This document shows positions 12,456-29,033 of a stretch of 64,000 nt of DNA, in pieces (position 1 is the first letter of the stretch; each line of letters starts with the position of its first letter). This DNA comes from the human T2T-CHM13v2.0 reference genome, Homo sapiens, in the NCBI RefSeq assembly GCF_009914755.1, contig NC_060926.1; one strand, written 5' to 3'. A program made the position numbers and the translations under genes. The notes below the pieces were generated by a model. The model was not told the DNA's origin, ran no database searches, and saw only the letters and a list, made by a program, of their open reading frames with translations.

Positions 12456-13477
12456 GTAAGAAAAAAAAGATTTATTTTTCAGTTAGTAGGTTTAGGATTA
12501 CACTATAAATAAAATTTCCCAGCATTGGGACTCTAGTTTGTCTCTTGCTTTGACACCATCCGATCTCACCACTCCACTTCACTTGATTCCTAAGGAGCCT
12601 CTGCCAAAGTTTTCTTTGCAACTAACACACCATTAGGAAACATTTTTTTCAATCAGCCATTCTCTACTATCTAGCGTTCTCTTTTTTCCCCCCACTGGGG
12701 TAATTTCTTTTAAGATGATTTACAGTGAGAGAAGATGAGTTATATTTCAAAGTTTATTTTCTTTCAAGGAAACCTACAAACAGCAGATATCCGTTTAGTT
12801 TAAGTTACTTAACTGCCTTTCTTAGTCGTTTTTTGATAATGAAAGAGATTTATGTATGATTCAGGAACCTTTCAATTCAGTTAAGACATCGGGATTGTCT
12901 CTTCTAGCTTTCAGTTCTTGATCATGCACTTCAGAATATCCCCAGCAATCACAATCTATGCAGAAAATTCTTCAATCTATTTTCTTTCATGTGTTTTTGG
13001 AAAGAACTCAAATATTTTTAAAAAGGGGTGGGTGGAGGTTGGGGAACAGAGATATAACAGTGTCTCAGATTTTGTTCTGCTTCTATGTTCTCTCTCTCTC
13101 TTTCCCTCTCCCTCTCTTTCTTTTTCTTTTTTAAAGTCAGTTCTCCAGAGCCTCTGTTTTCATTATTGCTGTCTCTTTGTACTCCGTATCTGGCTACATT
13201 CAAGTATGTTACAGAGTTTTTATACAGATCTTTCACTCCCTATTTTTCTAGCACATTATTGCTGGTCATAGGAGTGGAATGTCAAAGAAAACGCAACCCA
13301 GTGTGGGAAAGAAATTTATAATCTAGATACTCCTAGTATTTTATTTTACAAAGAAAATTGACATAATAGAATCTATTTGTTCTACACTGTTTGTATAACA
13401 AAATCACAATTTCTAGATTAGTCATGTTTCAAAAGAAACCGTGGAAAGTGGAATGTATAAATAATTCAACAAATACA

Positions 13478-13828
13478 CAGTCAGCCCCTCCATATCTGTG
13501 TGTTCCGCATCCATGGCCTTACTCAACCACAGACAGAAAATTTTTTTTTTTTAAAAAGAAAAGATGGCTGCATCTATACTGAACACATACAGACTGTTTT
13601 CCCTTGTTAGTCCCTAAACAATACAGTATAACAACAATTTGCTTGGGATTTACATTGTATTAGGTATTATAAGTAAACTAGAGCTAATCTAAAGTGTATG
13701 GGAAGATGAATGTAGGCTATATACAAGTACTTACTGCAACATTTTATATCAGAGATTTGACTGTCTCTGGATTTTTGTATCATGGGAGGTCCTGGAATAA
13801 GTCTCCCACAGATACTGAGGGACGACTA
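13478..13828 (+). mobile_element. MER2 (TcMar-Tigger MITE)
   Basis: Terminal inverted repeats cagtcagcccctccatatctgtg ... cacagatactgagggacgacta followed by TA. The internal sequence ccctaaacaatacagtataacaac is typical of MER2. Confidence 0.85.
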
Positions 13829-14074
13829 TACTTCTAAGTTTTGCTAATGTCGTTAATCATATTTTGCCAATAAAGTCCATCTACCTGAAATTAGATATAT
13901 TTTTGCTTACACTATGCAAAGTCTCTAACGTTAGATGAAAATGAATAATTATTATTATTTGGTACATTTCAGTTACTTCCCCTACCCCCACCCCCATTTT
14001 ATTACATCTGTTTACTGTGATTTATAGGTCCTGTCCTTAGCAATAGAGTCAAGAAATCTACCTGTATTGTTGAG

Positions 14075-14560
14075 GTATATATTAGCTAGGATATTTCCAA
14101 CTACAAGTAACAAAATGTATAACTAAAAGTGTCTTAAACAAAACATTTATTATGTTGTGTGCACGGAAGTCTCAAAGCCAGTTGATTCAGTAGCTTAAGC
14201 ATGCTCCCAAGGACCCAGGCTGTTTTCAGCTTCTTTCCACCACTCTCCACTTGTTGGACTTTGTCCTTAAGCTTTTGCCTTCATAATTGAAAAAGGCCGT
14301 CCTTGCTGCTGACACTGGGTTCTCACACAATCACAACCAAATATAGGGAGGACTATCTCCCTTTTCATCTCTTGAATGGGGAAGAAAAGACTTTCTTGAA
14401 AGCTCTCATCTTCACCTTCTCGTCAGACTCCTCAGACTTTCTGGTCCCATGTATTTTGGTAGCCTATACCCTTGCTAAAAGCGGTGGAGCGAGTGTCTGG
14501 TATTTTTAAACTTTATAGTGGGAAGTGGTTTCATAGAAGACAAAAACTGGAATAGTAATA
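14075..14560 (-). mobile_element. Old MLT1 (MaLR) LTR fragment
   Basis: ctacaagtaacaaaa...gtcttaaacaaaacatttatt...aaggacccaggctgttttcagctt. Confidence 0.5.
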
Positions 14561-14798
14561 GGCAGTGGAGAAAATCACTATGGTGATATTTTTGACAGCT
14601 CCCCAGAGCCTTCATAAATGTGTGAAAATGGTAATCTGAAACTTTATGGTGACTTAATAAATGAGTTTTATTCATTATTCTAAACTTTGACAAATGTATT
14701 TTCTATTTTGAAATATACACACTGACTCAAAATGGGAGTTGCTTCTGCACCAATTATGTATTTTTCCCCTATTAATCCTGTTGAGTAGATTGAGATAA

Positions 14799-15187
<389 letters not shown>

Positions 15188-16019
15188 TAAGAAAAATTCG
15201 ATAAAGGAGGATGGGTTATCATGAGGAAAGTAAGGAAAAGATAATAGGAATGGCAGAAAAAGAAAGAGGAGATAAAAAAGGAGAGGTGGGGTGGAAAGAG
15301 CAGTGACTAATCCAGATGGTCCAGTGTGAGAAAGCTGGGTTAACTAGGTCACTTGCCACTTGGAATGACAGGCAGGATAAGCCATTAAGACAGTGGAGCA
15401 AATAGAAGGAAAGAGGGAGGATGTAGACTCCTTTTTCAGGCATGCATTCTGCAGGTTAGAATTTGTCTCTCCTAACCACATTGTGGTTGTGTCCCTGGAA
15501 CTACATGTTCATATATCTTGGCATTAGGATTCTGATGGCACTCCTTTTTTTTTTCTTTTCACTTAAAGATAATTTGCCTAACACTAATGTTTAAAACAAT
15601 CCATTTAAAATTTAAGCCTCTTAACTTATTTCAGCAATAATTAAAGCAAGGTTAGAATAGGCCAAGGAAAATTTTATACCCTGAGTTTCAAAGGGCCAGA
15701 CCTAAGTAATGAGGGCTTCATAAATATGTATTCCTCTATGTAAAATCTAAGCCCACTTTAGGGCAAACAGCTCATCTAAACATACTAATTTTCTTGGATT
15801 TGTTTTAAGATTTAGAGGTTACTCCTTCCCCTCCATTTCACTGTTTCACCTGATTCTTGCCTTTTCCTAGTTTTCCCTCTTTCTACTTTTTGCTGTATAT
15901 AGTAAGTACTGAAATATTATAGGTACTTTTCATTATTTTTCAATCTTGAGTAATACCAATGAGAGAATCTTGTTAAAATTCTTTGTTGTGATAGCGATCT
16001 TTTATGTTAAACAGATTTT

Positions 16020-19000
16020 TGTTACTCTTAATCTTTATATCTATCATGAAGTAAAACAGATTTAGAAAGCTATACAAAAATAAATGTGTGCTTAGTGGGT
16101 TATTATACAGCAGACATGCTGGTAGCCATCACCCAAATCAAGAAGTAGAATTTTCCAGCTACTCCAGCTCTCCATGTGCCTTGTCCCAATTTCAAACCTC
16201 TTCCTACTCCAAAAATATCCACCATCCTGATTTTTATAATAATCACTTTCATGTGTTTGTTTATAGTTGTATGAACCAAGTGTACATCCATAGACACTAT
16301 ATTTTTGCCCATTAATAATTGTTTTGGTTGTCCCTTAAGTCTCTCATATCCACCTGTTCACCCCTCCACTTTCTCTTTTCCTTATGATATATCTATTGAA
16401 AAACTAGAGCTGTTTGATATGTAGTTTCCCACAGCTGAGTATCACTGTTTTCATACTTACGGTGCAGTTTGGCATGTGCCTCTGTTCTCTGTTCCTGAAA
16501 ACTGGCAACTGGATTCAAAGGCTTCCGCAGACTTGGGTTTTATCCCTTTCAGTGAGGCTATAGGTTTTGTGTGTGTTCTTTCATAAAATGTCTGACTGAC
16601 TCTCTTTTTGTGACATTAGGAACTATTGATATCTAGATCCACTAATTCATTGGAGGTTGCAAAATGTTGACACTCAAATTCCGTGATTTCTTTTTCATAT
16701 ATTAGTTGGAATACTTTTATAAGGAAATGGATCTCCTCATCTACTATTTGGCTACCCAATGGTGCAGTTCATGTAGAAAAGGCAGGATAAGTGATTGGTT
16801 CTTTTCCCCTAATTTACCAGTTTTCAAGATAATTAATTGGTTCCTTTTCATCCTCTGAAGCTGAACAATTCTTTGTTTTTTTGAATAATATTATCATGAA
16901 CTCATGGATTTCTATATATTTAATAAGATTTCGATGAATAGCAATTATTACTTTTTTTTTCCTGAAGCTCAAATTGTCCTATCTTCGACCAATAGGATTC
17001 TCTTCAAGTTGGCTCCTGAGCCCTTTTGACATATCCTAGTAAATTTTTGCCAGTTTCTTTGATATCTGATATCAGATATTCCAGGATCATTTGTATGGTT
17101 CCTTCCCTAGACATGGAATCCGTCATGTCTCCAAAAAGTCCTGATATATTTGAAATTAGATTTCAAAGCAAAACGTTTGGGAAATAAAATTTCAAGACTA
17201 CAGTCCAGGCATTAATGCTTGGTTCTACCTGGTTGGTTATTGTTTCTGCAACTTTTCAGTAGCAGAACTAGAAAGCCTGTCTACTGATAAGTATACATAT
17301 TGATATAACTCTACAAATAAAATATCTAATGATCACACTGATATTTCTAATGAAAGTTCAGGACTATGGGGTTTTTTACATAGCTTTATTTATACTACAT
17401 TGCATCTCTTTTCCCCATATCAAGATTCCTAGTTCCCAGGTATACAGTAGATGACAGTGTCTTAATCTGTTTGGGGTGCTATAACAAAATACTATAAACT
17501 GGATAGCTTACAAAGAACAGATATTTATTTTTGACAAATCTGAAGGTTGGGAAGTCCAGGATCAAGATACCGGTAGATTCCATGTCTGGTGAGGGCCTGT
17601 TTCCCAGTTTATAGGTGGCTCCTTCTTACTATGTCCCCACCTGGTGGAATGGGTGAACAAGCTACCTGGTGCATCTTTTATAAGGGCACTAATTCCATTC
17701 ATGAGGGCTCTGCTCTCACAACCTAATCCCCCGACAAGGCCCTACCTCCTAATACTATCACCTTGGGGGTTAAGATTTCAACATATAAATTTTGGGGGGA
17801 CACAAACATTCAAACCATAGCGATGAAATTAGAATATCTCATAATTACTCATTAACTTTATTCCACGTTACACACACAACAGGATCAGAATAATAATACA
17901 CATACTACTACCAATAGCATAAGAACAAAATACAGCTTAAAGTACTTTTTTCATATCATCTCCCTTCTCTATTTTTTAATAGCAGTGCTATATCTGCATT
18001 TTGTACAAATGTAGCCTTTACATGTTATGCTCTCTCTTAACTCACACTTATTATTAGTTTCAGGTAACTGTCTTTAAGGTATACCATCAGTCCTCATGTT
18101 GATATATCTTTTAATGATCTGAAACTCATTCACTAGAATCTTTAGGAAGGGCTAAAAAACAGTATTCTCAAAGTTTTTGTCTTCACTCGTTTGTGTGGAT
18201 GCCTGGTAACCTAGTCATTGTAAATATTGTTCAGTGGCTTTTATAGTTGAGCATTTTAATGTTGGTTCATATTGTATTCCTTGAGTCTCTTTAGTATGTT
18301 ATTCTGTTTTCTTTTGGCATAAAGTATTGTTGTAAAAAATATGATGGTAATCTAATCTTCTTACCCTTACAAATCACTTGCTGGTTTTGACTTCATAGCC
18401 AATGGACTTTTTTTTTTTTTTTTAAGTTCATCCATCTTACTAGAAATACATCTTGGTGTTATTTGTTGTAGGTCAATATTCTCAGCTACATAGTGTGCTT
18501 TTTCAACATATAGTTTCATATTATTGTTTAGGGAAAATTTTCTCCAACTATAGTTTTAAATATTTGTTTTGTCCCCTTGTTTTACTTTTCTTCTTCATAG
18601 ATTCTGGTTATTTGTGGTTGAATCTTCTCATCCATCTTCAATATTTGTCAATTTCTCTCTAATGGTTTTAATCTTTTTCTTTATTTCTTTTTCATTTAAT
18701 TTTTTTTTCTTCTTTTTTCAATTTTCTATTTCTCCTAGGGCAAAGTTTGTTTTGTTTTCTTTGCTCTTCTGTTTCTCCTAGTATAGTTTCATTTCTGAAA
18801 TAATTTTTATTTTATTTCTAATTGTCCCCTGAGTTCTGCCACCTCAATTCTGAGTTTTTAAAATTTGGATTAATGTTTGCATTTCATTTCTTGTATCATT
18901 TTCTTAATGTATTTTAGCTTCTTTTGAAATAGAAAGTTATAGTTTAGATTTGTTCTGTGAGCATGTCTTTCTTGTGTAGGGATTTTTCTGCTCATTTTTT

Positions 19001-19745
19001 CCCCTTAGGAATAAGTGCAAGAGATTTCGCCTCAATACTTTTCTGTTTTAAATTTTTACATGAAAGTGTCTTTCCATAACTGTTAGTAGGACTGATTCGT
19101 GATTTTTGGGTAGCTTCTCTAACTTCACACAAACTCCCTCTTCTGTTGTTTTTATGTATTAAAAAGAGTCAGCTTGCCGTATAAGATTTCCTGGTTCTAT
19201 TCCCTCCTCTCCCGTTATCTGGGCCTCCTTTATCAGTTGTTCTGCTATCCATGTCTCTGTCCAGCTCCATTTTGATTCCACTTGGTATTTCTCTTTAGTG
19301 TGACCCAGTCCTGGAAGGGAATCCTGGAAGGGAGCCCGGGCAGGTCATGTTTCTAGAGAGAAATCGTAAGATCTAGATTGCTTAAGCACTCTCAGTCTTT
19401 GTAGCAGACCTTTTGCACTCACAACTTGTGGGTTGGGCAAGACCTACCCACGTGTTTCCCAGTAAATAGCTGTTGCTGTTTTGGGCTTCCCTCATTCTCA
19501 AGTCTGTCAAAGTCTGTCAAGTTTCATTGCTTCCCCCCTTGCTTCCTCCTGCTCAGATGCTGATATAATTCAGGTCTTGTGGCTGTTTGGTGGTTCGTCT
19601 TCATTCATCAGTGTGGATGCCTGGTAACTAGTCATTATAAATATTGTCTCTGAGTTTTTTATTTTGTTAAGTAGTTACTCTGTTTTTATGTTGAGATTTG
19701 GATTTTAAAATATACTGCTGCCACTGTCATCTTCCCAGAACCCAC
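16020..19745 (-). mobile_element. Ancient L1-family element (L1ME/HAL1-like), degraded, interrupted by MLT1A
   Basis: T-rich antisense L1-like composition. The 5' end-like motif ctgccactgtcatcttcccagaaccc at ~19720-19745 is the reverse complement of gggttctgggaagatgacagtggcag. Confidence 0.55.
17458..17822 (-). mobile_element. MLT1A-type solo LTR
   Basis: tgtcttaatctgtttggggtgctataacaaaatac...tttcaacatataaattttggggggacacaaacattcaaaccatagc. Confidence 0.88.
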
Positions 19746-19773
19746 TGAATAGATTAAAAATATTCTCTTCTTT

Positions 19774-20055
19774 GGCTGGTCAAGGTGGCTCCTGCTGTAA
19801 TCCCAGTGCTTTGGGAGGCTAAGGCAGGAGGCCAGGAGTTCAAGACAAGCCTGGGTAACATACCAAGACCCCATCTCTACCAGTGAAAGAAAAATAGCCA
19901 GGAGTGGTGGCACACACCTATAATCCCAGCTACTTGGGAGGCTGAGGCAGAAAGATTGCTTGATTCCAGGAGTTCGAGGCTACAGTGAGCTATGATCCCA
20001 CCACTGCACTCCAGCTTGGGCAATAGAGTGAGAACCTATCTCAAAAAAAAAAAAA
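19774..20055 (+). mobile_element. AluJ
   Basis: Alu dimer with J-type right arm (ggagttcgaggctacagtgagctatgat) and a poly-A tail. Confidence 0.9.
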
Positions 20056-20372
20056 TTCTCTTTGCTACGTAGAATCCCCATTTTCACAAGAATCAGAAAT
20101 GGTAAATTGGTATTAACTTTCTAAGCTTTGATAATGTAATTGTAACTTCAACAGTTTAGGGAATGTGTTCTCAATGTTATAAAATCCTCTAAGAATTGTA
20201 TAGCAGTGTATTTTTTTCAGTCTACTGCTGGTATGGTTAAAGAGAGAAAATATCTGTGTCCTAGAACCAGTTAAAAAAAATTAAGTGTTCCAAGTATTAA
20301 TGGAAACCAAATTTACACAAAACTTTGGTACAAAGCAGTTCGTAAGCAGAATATTATAAAAATAACAATTTC

Positions 20373-20439
20373 TTTTTTTTTTTTGTGAGGGGTTTTCCTG
20401 GAAAAGCTGCTAGACAAATTCTAAAAGAGCTGTAACACT
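20373..20439 (-). pseudogene. Processed U7 snRNA pseudogene with poly(A) tail and TSD
   Basis: The reverse complement is AGTGTTACAGCTCTTTTAGAATTTGTCTAGCAGCTTTTCCAGGAAAACCCCT-CAC-A12. It has the U7 5' guide and the AATTTGTCTAG Sm/Lsm site, and is flanked by aaaaataacaatttctt / aaaaacaacaattctt. Confidence 0.92.
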
Positions 20440-20477
20440 AAAAAACAACAATTCTTATTATTGTAGAGGAAGAGGTC

Positions 20478-20680
20478 TATTTACACAGTGTTTTCACATA
20501 CACTACCTCATTTAATCCTCAAAATAGTCCTCTTAGGGAGATACTGTTATTATGCATTCCATTCTTCGTCAGAAAAAAAAATTGAACTTAGAGAACTCAA
20601 ATGACTTGATTTAAGATTGTAGCAAGAAGGACTCTTACCACCTCTACCTGCAAAGTGTTCACTTTTCCACCAAGGGCTCA
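20478..20680 (-). mobile_element. MIR fragment
   Basis: ttttcacatacactacctcatttaatcctcaaaatagtcc...gaacttagagaactcaaatgacttg. Confidence 0.7.
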
Positions 20681-21180
20681 GCTTTGGTGAGATCCCTGTG
20701 TAGCATGTGGAAAGAAGTAGAAACCTGCCTAGTCAGCTCTATCAGTCATATACTCCCAGAGGACCCACAGGGTGACAGGTGCTGCAGGCAGATCACTCTC
20801 ATGGTCTGGCTAAAAGCTTTGTCTAGCACCTTAAAGCCTGTAAGTGACAGGAGTGGCATTTGAATTGAGGTTTTCTGACTACAAATCCTCTGGTTTGCTT
20901 TTTCGTGCTAGCTAACATCCACTTCAGCAGAGAGCTTTGTGGAGCCTGTAGCTTGAGCAGCTCCAGGTGGCATCACAAAATCTGCGTGTTGCTGAACATG
21001 AGTAGCTTTGATTCATGATAGGTGTGAGAGGACCATGTCAGAACATTTCTGGTGATTGTGGCAGCATTTCTCAAACATTTACTCCTGAGTGCTCCGAGAG
21101 GCAGAGAGGAGGATCCTGTCCTACATCTCCATGGACTCTTTTATTACATTCTAATATTTTTACCTTAAAATTCATGCTGA

Positions 21181-25796
<4,616 letters not shown>

Positions 25797-25989
25797 AAAA
25801 TTCATGCCAACTTTAAATTCTATTTTGTAATATATCTGTGCTATTTAGATACTAAAAGAATATTTTGCACTACTTGCCAGCAGGTAAAATTGTTATAGCT
25901 GGTAATAATACAGGTTTATCCAGTGGCTCTTAGTACCTTCTGGCATACCACCATGTAACCCTAAAGTGGAAGCCAAGAGAAGGAGTGAA

Positions 25990-27020
25990 GAGAAGTAGGC
26001 TGCAGACTCATCATAGGAGTTTGAAGATTCTGCTAAACATTTGGGCTTTATTATGTGGAAAAAGAGGAGCCGATGAAGTATTTCAAAAAATAAAGTAAAC
26101 TGATAGGATTTGTGTTTTAGATGAATGGCTTTTGAACTTCTTTGATCACCATCACCTATTAATAAGGAAGACACTTTGCATGCTAATTCATACACAGATT
26201 ATGGATAGCATATATATATGTGTATATATGAATATTATATGTAAAGAAAATATGATGAAACTTTTTTTACCCTCGCATTTTCCATTTTAATCTATTTCAT
26301 CTAGAAAAGCTAATGTGATTCACTAAATTGGTTGCACTTCACAATGTTTTCTTACTTTGGTGGCAGTATGTAAGAAGGATGGTAGAAGGGAAATAGCAAG
26401 AACATTCAAAGTGAAGATAGGCCAGAATAATAGAATATAAAGCAAGACAGTGGCAGTGGGATGGAGCTAAAATCCACTGGAATTGGTTACCAATTATCCA
26501 TGAAGATAATGTTGGGTTTCTGGCTTGATTGAATGGCCATTCTATTTACTGGAGACTAGGAAAGCAGAAAATGTAAGTTTGGAAAGAAAGATAATTGACT
26601 TCCATTTGGAAGTGATTTTGAAGTATATGGAAAGCCTCTAATAGGTAACTGGATAGGAGAGTTGCAGCTCAGGAAGAAGGTGTGAGTGGGAGAGAAAGAT
26701 GAAAGATTCAGGACCCTTGAGCGTATGAGTTCTGATGGAAGCCAAGGGAATAGAGATGAGGTTGTCAGGGTGAGTGTAGAGAGTCAAATGAGAAGGCCAA
26801 GGAGAGAACAGAGAGAACCCTGAAGAACACCTTCACTTCAGAGGATGAAGAAGAAGAGCCTGCAACAGAAATGGGCAAGCAAACCAGGAGAGTAGAGTGT
26901 CACATAAGCCAAAGAAGAGGACGTTTCAGGAGGGAACAGTCAGCAGTGTCCAATGCTAGAGGAAGGTCTGGTAAGACAAGGTCTAGCAATTAGGAAGCTA
27001 TTATATTCTCAGAGTTAGCA
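25990..27020 (-). mobile_element. Degraded L2 fragments, interrupted at ~26120-26340 by an old hAT (Charlie-type) MITE
   Basis: Purine-rich antisense L2-like text (tttgggctttattatgtgg...; gagaaggccaagg...agaaccctgaagaacacc). The insert begins tggcttttgaacttctttgatcac and ends cactaaattggttgcac. Confidence 0.5.
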
Positions 27021-28654
27021 ACAAAAAGAGGTGGTGGTTTAGGCATGCAGTTGTGAGGAGAAGGGTGGTAAACATAGCAGGTATGTCCTGGGAGGTGAGT
27101 GGAGAGGAGTATCCTGGCCCCTGGCAGCAGGTCCAGAAGTAGGTGAGGTTTGGCTGCTCCAGGGAGGTAGCTGGCACCCGGGAAATCTGTCAGCCATTGC
27201 AGAGTTGCAAGCTTTGCTCTGGGATTCAGATGCAGATAGGCAGTATCTAAAAGGAGGAGGTGAGTGAGGCAGAAGCTCAGTCCTAAAAGGGTGGCAGTTC
27301 TGGTCAGGTCTCCAAGCCTGCAGCTGATGCACAGGGATTTAGGCTGGTATCAGCTCTGGTGTGCAATGTGTGGGCCAGACTCAGGACATAAAGCAGAAGA
27401 CCACTTGTAAGTACTGATGCAGAAGATCAGGGCAAAAATGAGAAGCCAGGTGAGTTGCTGTGTTAGAGATAAAAACTACTTCCATTTCTTCAGCCTGGAA
27501 AGAGGACTGATTTAAGGTAGGAGCCCGTGGGTGGGAGTCAAGCAGTTTTGCTGCTGGGATAGGAATGCTTCAGAGGGTTGAAAGCAGTAGGCAGAGGCAA
27601 ATCATGAATGCAGTGGTCTCCAGGCTGGTGTTCATCACTAGATCACACTTCTTTTTTTCTTTATTCAACTGCCTATATGACTAGCTTCTCAAATGCTCAT
27701 CGGTTTTAACATCTCATTGTTCTCTCATCTCAGTGTGTTAAATACAATTTCTATATCTACTCATTTCTACTTGCATGTTAGTCATTTTATCTTTTTTAAA
27801 ATTATACTCTAACAGCATACATAATGTAAAATTAAAGAAAATATGACATTTGTCCTAATTATTTTGGATCACCTTCTTTTAAAAACAAACTGAGCATCTG
27901 GATTAAAATTTTGTACATCTGAACCAATATGCCACTTGATCTTAGGTGATACCTTCTTTTTTACCTCAACAAATATTTATTGAGAGCCTACTCTGGACAA
28001 GGAATTTATTAACTTCTAACCAAAAAATGTTAATTAGTCTGTTGTTTGAAGTGCCATCGACTTATTGTGCATTTGGTTCATTCATATAACATCCTCAAGG
28101 TGTGTAGGAAGATTAGCCACTTTGACTCAATCCTGTAAACTGTAAGCTTTAATGAGCTGAGCTCTGGGTAGAATTAGAAATACAAATACCAGTTTTTATA
28201 TCTCAGGTTACTTTTAAATATCAAAATACTGTATTTGTTGGTACAATATCATTAGATTAGTATATCTAACATCAGAAATCAAAACCATTTATGTTTTGAG
28301 AAATACTCAGAGAATTTATACACTATGTTAATATTTCACGTGGAGCAGAGGTGTGCCCAGTGCTTCTTCCTCGAGGACTAGGAGAGATATGGAGCAGTGG
28401 GAAGGAGGTTCCTAGGCCCCATTACTACCTTCCCATGCTGGGGCTTGATGCTGTCTGCTCCCATCAGGACCGCTCATTCTCTGTGGCCTTCCCTCCTCTC
28501 CTAGAGTAATTTATTTCAAACAGGCCCTTCTTCTCCAATCATCCTACTTGAGAAGAGTCAGGAAGTAGGAGAGAGAAACCCCTGTCTTGGACCTTAACCC
28601 TGTCTCAGATAGGGAACACCTGGGGACAATGTGTAGCAAATAATGAAAACTATG

Positions 28655-29033
28655 TGTATTGGCCTGCTCGAGCAAGGGTGGCTTAAACAACAGGAAATTT
28701 ATTTTCTCACACTTCCAGAGGCTAGAAGTCCAAGATCAGGATGTCAGCAGGTTTTTCTTCTGAGACCTCTCTCCTTGACTTGTCTTCCCCTTCTGTCTTC
28801 ACGTGGTCTTTTTCTATGCAAGTCTATGTCCTAATTATAAGGAAACCAGTCAGTTTGGACTAGGGCCCACCCCTAATGACCTCATTTTACCTTAATTACC
28901 TCTATAAAAGCTCTGTCTCCAAATATAGTCCCATTCAGAAGTCCTAGGGTTTGGATTTCAACATACACTTTTTAGCAGAGGGGATGGGGGAGGGAGGTTG
29001 GTGGGAGAGGTAGGAAGAGTTCAGTCCATAACA
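28655..29033 (-). mobile_element. MLT1B-type solo LTR
   Basis: gggtggcttaaacaacaggaaatttattttctcaca...gaggctagaagtccaagatcagg...ttcagtccataaca. Confidence 0.85.
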
